Assembly: GCA_052170175.1 (NCBI GenBank)
Contig: JBQNBA010000001.1
Coordinates: 1 to 61,733 of the forward strand
Source of the DNA: Sphaerochaetaceae bacterium
GTDB lineage: Bacteria; Spirochaetota; Spirochaetia; Sphaerochaetales; Sphaerochaetaceae
Reading direction: 5' to 3'
Length of the DNA: 61,733 nucleotides
The translations under genes and the position numbers were made by a program. The notes under the pieces are model-generated. The model did not search any database, was not told the DNA's origin, and saw nothing but the letters and a program-made list of their open reading frames with translations. How positions within the stretch are numbered: position 1 is the stretch's first letter; every line of letters starts with the position of its first letter. Positions 37,501 through 45,260 of this stretch are shown piece by piece.

Positions 37501-38108
37501 GGGCGTATGACATCGGTTACGGCGGCGTTGACCATGTGGTTGCATCCGGAAAGGATGTCAACATTCTGGTTCTGGACACCGAGGTCTACTCCAACACCGG
37601 CGGACAGGCTTCCAAGTCCACTCCGCTCGGAGCGGTCGCGAAGTTCGCCAATTCCGGCAAGCAGATTGGAAAGAAGAACATGGGATTCATGTGCATGAGC
37701 TATGGCTATGTCTACGTTGCTTCCATTGCGATGGGCTCCAACAGACAGCATGCGCAGAAGGCCTTGCAGGAAGCTGTGGCCTACAAGGGGCCGTCCATCG
37801 TCTTCTGCTATGCGCCTTGCATCAACCATGGACTTAACATGAGGTTCAGCCAGGTCGAGGAGAAGAAGGCTGTTGAAGCCGGCTACTGGCCGTTGTATCG
37901 CTACAATCCTCTGTTGGAAGAGGGCAAGCGGTTCAGCTGGGATACAAAGGAGCCGACAGCGGATTATCAGGAATTCATCAAGGGTGAAATCCGGTACTCC
38001 TCGCTGTACAAGACCAATCCCGCCAACGCTGATGAGCTGTTTGCCAAGGCAGAATCTGATGCGAAGCGCAGGATGGCCTTCTACAAGAATGTCGGTCAGG
38101 TCATGTAG
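34569..38108 (+). CDS. nifJ: Pyruvate:ferredoxin (flavodoxin) oxidoreductase, single-polypeptide type
   Basis: About 1179 aa. N-terminus [34 protein letters not shown], two ferredoxin CxxCxxCxxxCP motifs ([24 protein letters not shown]), and the TPP region [10 protein letters not shown]. Start at ATG 34569. Confidence 0.9.
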   Translation: [1179 protein letters not shown]

Positions 38109-38261
38109 GCCGGTTGCCGGCTTGATGCCATGCTGGACATCATAGGCTTGGTCGGGCGGTGGGCTTGCTGTCCTGACCGGGCTGCTATGAGCTTGGCTGA
38201 GGTATGATGCTTATGGCTATATGAAGCTTAAGCCGACCAATTTAAAGACCAAGCAGGGTCG

Positions 38262-39373
38262 CTATTAGGTAATTTGTTCCCGCCTTTTTCTGTAAGAGTT
38301 AGTTACAATTTTACGCCAAGGGTGATAAGGAGCAGGTTTCCACTTAGGTTTCTCGGTTTTTGGCGGTTGACGGGTAAGTTCTTCAATTTGTGTTTCTGTG
38401 ATTTCAGCATCTTTTGTTTCGTAGAACTTGCCATCGTAAATGGCAACTACGGTTTTATCAAATGTGAGATAAACATATAAATGTTCTTTAGGACTGATTC
38501 TGATGGTTTTGTTATTTGAGTCCTTCAGTTGAAGCTTTTTTCCAAGGAACTTAAAAGAAGAACCAAGGTCAGCTTTTCTATGGTAGAGAACAGAAAGGCA
38601 GTAATTGATTTCTTCTTCTATGGACTTGTGTTTATCTGGAATTTTTCTGTTTCAAAGATAGTTCTGTTATCTGAATGGAAACTTTCAGGAATCCCATATT
38701 CTAAAAGAATTTGTTTAAGCATGTTGTAATAGCCTTTCAGAGTTTCTTCCTTGTCAAAGTGCAAACCCATTGCAGTTCCGGTAGAATCATCAATAGCTTC
38801 ATGTAAAGCTGCTTTGGGATAATCAGGGCCAAACCATGGATGAAGAGAAGCATCTATTTGCAGCATCTCTCCAAGATTCTCTTTTCTTGGACGCAAAGGG
38901 TGAATATCTGCTTTCTTCTTTCTGTGCTGTTTCCTAGGTGATTTGAAGCCGGCTTCTGTAAGGATTCTGTAAAGGGAGCCGTATGTAATCCTGATGTTTT
39001 CATCTTCAACCAGTTTCTCCAAAAAGTGACTGAAATTAAAGCCGGCATATTTACCGGAATAGAGCTCGACTATTGTCTGCTCCAAAGCTGGATTTGTTTT
39101 CCAGGCTCTCTGTTTTCCCGTGTTGCCATGCTTGAAGCAATTCATCCCTGTTTCTTGATATTTGACTTTTAGCTTATTTGCATAACGTTTCGAAATTCCG
39201 AGTTGCATTGCTGCTTGTTTTGAGCTGATGGTTCCCTTTATTGCTCTTTTGATTATTCCTTCTACAAAACCATTTGAAAAATTCTTCATGTTTTTACCCC
39301 AAATAGAAGAATTATCAAAAATCAGGTGGGAACAATTAACCTAATAACTATGTGGGAACAAATAAACTAATAA
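38262..39373 (-). mobile_element. Decayed ISNCY-like insertion sequence (about 1.1 kb) with imperfect terminal inverted repeats
   Basis: The left end CTATTAGGTAATTTGTTCCC (38262-38281) matches the reverse complement of the right ends GGGAACAATTAACCTAATA (39329-39347) and GGGAACAAATAAACTAATA (39355-39373). The right IR is present twice in tandem. Confidence 0.6.
38265..39289 (-). pseudogene. ISNCY-family-like (HTH plus rve/DDE) transposase, frameshifted and internally shortened
   Basis: Residues 1-223 show an N-terminal HTH, FKHGNTGKQ, LQIDASLHPWF, AIDDSTG and GIPESFHSDNRTIFE. Reading then stops at 38618 and continues for about 115 codons in the +1 frame (switch near an A5 run) to the TAA at 38265. 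The region expected to carry the catalytic Glu appears to be missing. Confidence 0.6.
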
Positions 39374-39394
39374 CCACACCTGTTAGAATAGCAG

Positions 39395-39422
39395 TTGACA
39401 AATAAGAAATATCAGTTAGGAT
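39395..39422 (+). promoter_or_regulatory. Near-consensus sigma70 promoter TTGACA-N16-TAGGAT in front of the peptide/radical SAM operon
   Basis: TTGACA at 39395-39400 and TAGGAT at 39417-39422, about 37 nt before the small-ORF ATG. Confidence 0.45.
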
Positions 39423-39458
39423 AATAATATAAATAGTTTAGAAAAAGGGGCGGCAAGA

Positions 39459-39584
39459 ATGGTTTTAGTTAACGAAGCGTTAGTGTTTCCAAATACGGAA
39501 TTAGTTGACAATCCGCCGGAAGGTCTGATGTGCTTGGATGCCTGCAAGTGTATCGGGGATGATTTCTGTGAAATATGTTTATAA
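39459..39584 (+). CDS. Candidate RiPP precursor peptide, 41 aa, Cys-rich C-terminus (not in the ORF track)
   Basis: Manual translation gives MVLVNEALVFPNTELVDNPPEGLMCLDACKCIGDDFCEICL. SD AAAGGGG lies 8 nt upstream. The ORF is immediately 5' of a radical SAM/SPASM gene. Confidence 0.55.
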   Translation: MVLVNEALVFPNTELVDNPPEGLMCLDACKCIGDDFCEICL

Positions 39585-39628
39585 TCATCCAGTTTCAGCT
39601 CATTGCAAATTTATAGGGTGGAACTGTT

Positions 39629-40905
39629 TTGCTTAAGGAAAGCATATACAATAATGTTATTATAGATAATCACCAAACTTACATTTATAACTCTTTAACC
39701 AAGGCACGTATTTTACTTGAAAACGAGGAGGAATTCTCAAAAATAATTACCGATATAAAAGAGGGGAATGCAATTGGTTCAGCTTGTTTTAAAGAGCTTC
39801 AAATGCTTATTGATAATGGATTTCTTGTTGAGGATAGTATTGATGAACAAGAGGTCTTAAAGTATATCTTTTATAAACGTTTTTTTGAATCGGATAAGTT
39901 TGGACTAATATTAATGCCAACATTAAGGTGTAATTTTAATTGTCCTTACTGTTTTGAGAAATCAAGCAAGAACCTTATTTTTGAAGAGAATAGCGATTAT
40001 TTCGAGGTAATTTATAGATTTATTGCCAAAACATTCAAAGGTATAGACATTGTCATTTGAATTTTTTTGGAGGAGAACCTTTATTGCAAAAGAATCAGAT
40101 ATCCGGCTTTGCGTTAAAGTTCACTAGACTTGCTCAAGATGCCAAGTTGTCTTTTGATTCATCAATGGTTACTAATGGTTCCTTGATAGATGAAGGAGTG
40201 ATTCAGACATTAAAAATTTTAAATACTCGATTATTACAAGTTACAATTGATGGTGGTAAAGTACAGCACGATCAAACACGTTGTTATATGAATGGAGAGC
40301 CTTCGTTTGACCTAATAATTGCAAAAATAATCCAAGTTGTGCGGGCTATGGACAAAGACGGAATATGTTTTCTTATCCGATTCAATCTTAACAGTTCTTC
40401 CATTGATGAAGTGGAAAGCAGTCTAAACGTTATTCCATCGTCACTTCGAAGAAGGATTCATGTTATGTTTCGCCCAATCTTTAGTACTCCGCTATACCAT
40501 GTTAATAATAAAACCACTTATGATGATCTTGATGGTTTTAATTCAGTAGCAAGTGAAATGGGTTTTTTAATCTACAAGAACAAAAGAATGTTTCTTTCGT
40601 GCGAAGCTTGTGGAGATAAAAACTTCTTTCATGTGTTACCAGACCTTTCTCTATGGAAATGTATCAATGACTTTTCATTTCAAGAAGCCAGGATAGGGCA
40701 GATGCTGAAGGATGGTTCTATAAAATGGAATGTTCAACGGATAAACAACTGGTTCAAAAATGCAGATTTTTTTAACGACGAAAAATGTAAAGGTTGTTCT
40801 GTCGCCCCTGATTGTCTTGGGGGATGCATCAGGCAATATGCCATAACAAAAAAACGGCGCTGTGGTTCTTGCAAATCTTTATCTTCAGCATATAAATATA
40901 GATGA
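39629..40905 (+). pseudogene. Radical SAM/SPASM peptide-modifying enzyme (sactisynthase/ranthipeptide-synthase-like), split by a 1-nt frameshift at about 40056
   Basis: ORF1 (39629..40060) has an RRE-like N-terminus followed by CNFNCPYC (Cx3Cx2C). ORF2 (40057..40905) begins at FFGGEPLL and carries VTNGSL, VTIDG and Cys-rich SPASM blocks (CEACGD...WKC, CKGCSVAPDCLGGC). The two frames join if one T is added to the ttt at 40056-40058. Confidence 0.75.
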
Positions 40906-42614
40906 ACACTTGCATTCCGCATAAAGAGACCTTGATCATTCCGCTGGCTATATCGGCCATTTCGAGTGCTCTGGGAACGCTTCTTATTCTTGCAAGAAGC
41001 AGGATGATAGATTATGCAATAGCCAAGAGCAGTTCTCTGTTCATGTCAGCGCTTGTCTTTGTCGGCATGCTTCTGGCGATAAGCCTCTTGAACATCATTT
41101 CAGATCATAGACTTGAATCCTTGTGTTTGAAGGAAGGGAGAAAGCTGGATGATGGGAGAATGCGACACTGTTCAAGACTCCCATATTCATATCTCCAATC
41201 CACTGCTTTCGCTCAATTGAATGACCATGCATCTCAAGCCCAAGAGCTGGATTCCACTGTCAAGAAAAGGCTTGCTTCCTTGGTCAAGGATTCTGTTCTT
41301 CTTTTTTCAAGCCTCATCTTGGTTGCGACAATCAGTCCAATATCAGCAGCCGCAATGCTTCTTGCAATTAGCTTGGAATTGCTTGTAAACAAGATTTTGA
41401 TTAAAAAAACCGGAGGGCTTTGGGTTGATTATCGCAAGAATATCCTTAAGGCTGACTACTTGTCTTCAATGCTCCTCGATAGGGATTTCTCACAGGAAAG
41501 AAAGATTTTTGGATACAATGAGGAGATTGAAACCAGATTTAAAAAGGAATGGAAAGAAGGAAATGCCAAGAACACTCGTCTAGGGTTTTTAAGACTAAGC
41601 CTGGAGAGCCTGTCAAGCATCATTGATGCAGCATTTGCAGTGCTATTGCTCGTCCTTATGCTGCCCTCATTGATTAACAACAGCATAACCCTTGGCTTAT
41701 ACATCTCATTCTTCACTGCTTCTCTTTCTATGCTCAAAGCCAATGAGCGGCTTCTTGGCGCAATTCATGACTACGCCGCCTCAAAGGAGAAGATGGCCTC
41801 TTATGGCTTATTGATGAATGTCGCAGAAGAGAATGACCCGGATTCTGGAATAGTGCTGGAGAACTTTGAGAACCTGGAGTTCTCTCATGTTTCTTTTGCC
41901 TATCCAGAGGCAGACAAGCCGGCTTTAAACGATGTCTCATTTATTATGGAGAAAGGGAAAGGCTATGCGCTTGTAGGAGAGAATGGCAGTGGGAAAACAA
42001 CAATTGTCAAGCTTATGCTTGGGCTTTTCTCGCCATCAAGCGGACAGATCAGAATCAATGGGCGCGACCTGGCTTCATATTCCATCAATAGTATAAGGAA
42101 GGCTTTCGGCGTAGTCTTTCAAGACTTCTTTGCTTATCCCTTGACCATCAGAGAAAACATCACAGCGGGCAAAAACCTTGAGGAAGAGGACGTTCAAAGC
42201 GTTGTAGCCGCTCTTGATTTAACAAGCCAGATTCAGCGATTGTCTCTGGGGCTGGATACCAGCATGATGTTTCTGAAGGAAGGTAGCACCTGCTTGTCAA
42301 AGGGTCAATTGCAGAAGCTGGCAATAGCAAGATGCATTCTTTCCGAGTGTTCCTTGGCCATTCTTGATGAACCCAACAGCTCTCTGGATCCAATCATTGA
42401 GGCAGCTGTGTTCGAGGCCTATAGAGGAATGCTGAATGAAAGGGCAAGCCTTTTCATTTCCCATAGGCTAGGCTTTGTACGCATGGCAAAGAATATTCTT
42501 GTCTTAAAGGAAGGAAGGATCATTGCATCCGGTGATCATGAAGGGCTTATGCGAGAGTGTCCATACTACAATGAGATGTTCTCTAAGCAGAAGGCGCAAT
42601 ATGAGAAGGAATGA
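40902..42614 (+). CDS. ABC exporter, fused permease/ATPase (570 aa)
   Basis: N-terminal 6-TM-type domain, Walker A GENGSGKTT, signature LSKGQLQKLAIAR, Walker B AILDEP. No N-terminal C39 peptidase domain. Its ATG overlaps the radical SAM stop (ATGA). Confidence 0.85.
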   Translation: MNTCIPHKETLIIPLAISAISSALGTLLILARSRMIDYAIAKSSSLFMSALVFVGMLLAISLLNIISDHRLESLCLKEGRKLDDGRMRHCSRLPYSYLQSTAFAQLNDHASQAQELDSTVKKRLASLVKDSVLLFSSLILVATISPISAAAMLLAISLELLVNKILIKKTGGLWVDYRKNILKADYLSSMLLDRDFSQERKIFGYNEEIETRFKKEWKEGNAKNTRLGFLRLSLESLSSIIDAAFAVLLLVLMLPSLINNSITLGLYISFFTASLSMLKANERLLGAIHDYAASKEKMASYGLLMNVAEENDPDSGIVLENFENLEFSHVSFAYPEADKPALNDVSFIMEKGKGYALVGENGSGKTTIVKLMLGLFSPSSGQIRINGRDLASYSINSIRKAFGVVFQDFFAYPLTIRENITAGKNLEEEDVQSVVAALDLTSQIQRLSLGLDTSMMFLKEGSTCLSKGQLQKLAIARCILSECSLAILDEPNSSLDPIIEAAVFEAYRGMLNERASLFISHRLGFVRMAKNILVLKEGRIIASGDHEGLMRECPYYNEMFSKQKAQYEKE

Positions 42615-44346
42615 AACAGCCAGTGCGGTCTATGCTCTCAAGATTGCCTTTGCTTTCTGCCCGGGCGCCATTTCACTGATGCTTGTAGCAGGCTTGATGG
42701 AATGTGCTCTGGCTTCAATAGGGATTTTCCTGACAAGGAGTCTTTTTGAGGCTATCAGCATGATTGCTTCAAAGAGAGCTGGCTTAAACCAATATGCCAG
42801 CTTGTTCATCCTGTATGGCGTCTGGCTTATAGCTTCAGCCTCTGCTTCATTCTTGTTCAATCGCTTTATTGTTCAGTTCAGGCTGCTTCCCGAATTTGAA
42901 GCGAGGATGCTCAGGAAGCTTCATGACAAAGCCCAGAGGATACCTAATGAAGCTCTTCAATCACCTTCGGCTCTTCTGCTTATCAGGCAGGCCAAGACAT
43001 CAAGGCAAGTTGTCTTCAGATACGCACAGATATGCGTTAATATCTTGGTAGGAGTGCTTCAGGCCATTGCCATCACAGCTTCGGCCAGCGTCTTCTCGCC
43101 TTGGTTCATTCTTTTTTTGCCACTGGCGCTGCTGTCGGCTTTCATTGAAGGCTTTCAGGAAAGCAAGTTGCTGAAGAAGAACTTGATGATGATTGCCCAA
43201 TGCAAAAAGGAAGAAAGCGAGTATGAGAAAAGCCTCTTTGATGAATCTGCTTCCAAAGAGACAAAAGCATGTGGCTTGACAAGCTTGATTTTGCAGAAAT
43301 GGGGCTTGAGCAGAGAGAAGAGATATGAGACTGAGAATGCTCATAATCGCATGAAGAGCAGGCTCAAGCTACTTATGATGCCATTGCAAGTGCTTGGATC
43401 CAGTGCAGGGCTGCTGCTGGGAGTCCTGCTACTTGGCAGAGGAAGCATTGATTTTGCCTCGTTCACTGCATGTGTGACTGCCTTTTCCAGCATTGTTGCC
43501 AGCTATCGCCAAGTGCTGCAGATGTCGGTCAATCAGCGCCAGTATCTTATCATGCTCAAGCCTTTCCTGGATTATTGGAATCTAGAGGAGAGAGAGCAGG
43601 ATTCACACGATTGCGCAATAAGCCCTGCAGTCAAGATTCAGAATGTCAGCTTCGCTTATCCGGGTCAAGACAGCTTTGCCTTGAAGAATATCAACCTTGA
43701 GATTCCGAAAGGTTCAATAATAGCCATTGTTGGAGCCAATGGATCTGGCAAGACCACCTTGGCTCAGATAGCATTAGGTCTTTTCCGACCAACAAAGGGA
43801 GCTGTTTGCTTCGGACAGCATTGCGCCTCTGATCTCGGAGAAAGAAACATACACAGAAAACAATCCATTGTAAGCCAGGATTTCTGCAAATATAGGCTTA
43901 GCGTTGAGGATAATATCCGCCTTGGTGATATAAGAAGCGACAAGCCCATAGGAGAGGGCGATATTCAGCAGATGCTTGGCATCTCCATAACCAAGGGGAC
44001 GTTGCTTGGCAAGCAGCTTGGAGGCACAGATCTCTCGCAAGGTCAGTGGCAAAGGCTTTCATGTGCCAGAGGATTCTACAAGGATGCCGATTTCATCGCC
44101 ATGGATGAACCTACAAGCTCTATAGACCCTTTCGAGGAGAGAAGGCTTCTTGACAGCTTCTCCCAAGCTCTCAATGGTCGTACTGGTCTTATAATCACCC
44201 ATCGCCTTGCCCTGGCAAGGCTTGCTGACAGAATAATTGTGCTTGATGAAGGGCAGATAGTCGAAAGCGGCTCTCATGAGGAGCTTCTCAGCCAAGAAGG
44301 CCTGTACAACAGGATGTGGAAGAATCAGGCAGAGCTGTATGACTGA
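42601..44346 (+). CDS. ABC exporter, fused permease/ATPase (581 aa)
   Basis: Walker A GANGSGKTT, signature LSQGQWQRLSCAR, Walker B IAMDEP. Start at ATG 42601, overlapping the previous gene by 14 nt. Confidence 0.85.
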   Translation: MRRNETASAVYALKIAFAFCPGAISLMLVAGLMECALASIGIFLTRSLFEAISMIASKRAGLNQYASLFILYGVWLIASASASFLFNRFIVQFRLLPEFEARMLRKLHDKAQRIPNEALQSPSALLLIRQAKTSRQVVFRYAQICVNILVGVLQAIAITASASVFSPWFILFLPLALLSAFIEGFQESKLLKKNLMMIAQCKKEESEYEKSLFDESASKETKACGLTSLILQKWGLSREKRYETENAHNRMKSRLKLLMMPLQVLGSSAGLLLGVLLLGRGSIDFASFTACVTAFSSIVASYRQVLQMSVNQRQYLIMLKPFLDYWNLEEREQDSHDCAISPAVKIQNVSFAYPGQDSFALKNINLEIPKGSIIAIVGANGSGKTTLAQIALGLFRPTKGAVCFGQHCASDLGERNIHRKQSIVSQDFCKYRLSVEDNIRLGDIRSDKPIGEGDIQQMLGISITKGTLLGKQLGGTDLSQGQWQRLSCARGFYKDADFIAMDEPTSSIDPFEERRLLDSFSQALNGRTGLIITHRLALARLADRIIVLDEGQIVESGSHEELLSQEGLYNRMWKNQAELYD

Positions 44347-45237
44347 CAGAATGTTTCTAATCGGGGTGCATCTTCTTATCAATGTAGGTTCCAGAAGATT
44401 TGTCTATAATTCTAAGACTGGAACTATTTATGAAGTTGATACGTTGACTTGGGAAATCATTAAGTTTGCTGAAAACAATGGGGGTTTTTTTGACTCCAAT
44501 AAAAGGACAATGATAAAGCAACCCATGATTTGCATAGAAAATTCAAGAATGGTTGTGGAACATACGAGCAAGTTATAAAAGGACTAAAATCAATATTTCT
44601 TTTATCGCCAACAATCCGCTCTACCGTTACTCCTTATTTGTTGAATATAAGAAAGCCATTAATATCGTCAGTTCCCTTTTTTATTGACTTCACTTATGAA
44701 CTGTTCTTGCAAAAAAACTTAATTCCACAAATAAAACAGTTGTTATTTCAAATGTTGGGTATATTTTGCGACGATCTCTACAAAGGTTGTTATGTTGTGT
44801 GTAAAGAGAACCTAACGGTATATCAAGTTATTAAGCGTTATGCTTTTTTTCATAATAGACAATTTTTTTGTGATTCAATGCTGCATGGGATAGCGGTTGA
44901 TAAAGATGGACTTTTTTATCCATGCCATCGATTTTGTACTAATCGCTCTTTTAACATCGGAAATATTCATAGCGGGTTAGATGAAAAAAAGGTCATTGAC
45001 TTTTTATCCGTTATCAGTATTCAAAATAACGACACATGTAACGTTTGCTGGGCTCAGAATATTTGTGGAGGGTTTTGCCCATATGTTAATTTCTCTCTAT
45101 TTGGTAATTATCAAAAGCGAAACTATGAGCTTTGTGGCGTTTTTAAAGATTTTTATCAAGAAGTATTAAAATTATTTCTTTCATTAACTGATCAAGAAAA
45201 AATTGCTCTGGGATTGACACATAATATCAAAACTTGA
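44339..45237 (+). pseudogene. Second radical SAM/SPASM maturase, remnant lacking the Cx3Cx2C core
   Basis: Frame a (44339..44578) has an RRE/PqqD-like N-terminus (FVYNSKTGTIYEVDTLTWEIIKF). Frame b (open from 44503) starts mid-domain (THDLHRKFKNGCGTYEQVIKGLK) and ends in a SPASM domain (DGLFYPCHRF, CNVCWAQNICGGFCPY). No CxxxCxxC motif occurs in either frame. Confidence 0.6.
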
Positions 45238-45260
45238 AAACAATAGGGCAGGATTGGTTT

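Noticed and set aside
38274-38729. Two plus-strand ORFs (68 and 66 aa) inside the IS element.
   Set aside because: They are antisense to the continuation of the transposase reading frame. The minus strand gives about 115 sensible codons ending at the TAA at 38265. The plus-strand translations are Phe/Leu-rich noise.
44276-44338. An upstream extension of the second SPASM-enzyme ORF into the end of the ABC gene.
   Set aside because: The extension is just the alternative frame of the ABC transporter's 3' end. The ATG at 44339, which overlaps the ABC stop region, fits the overlapping stop/start pattern of the operon.
39629-45237. Interpreting the two radical SAM/SPASM genes as anaerobic sulfatase-maturating enzymes.
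   Set aside because: There is no sulfatase gene in or near the operon. The first enzyme has an RRE-like N-terminal extension, and a Cys-rich small ORF and exporters accompany the genes. The FGE-domain gene at 14.7 kb is unlinked.
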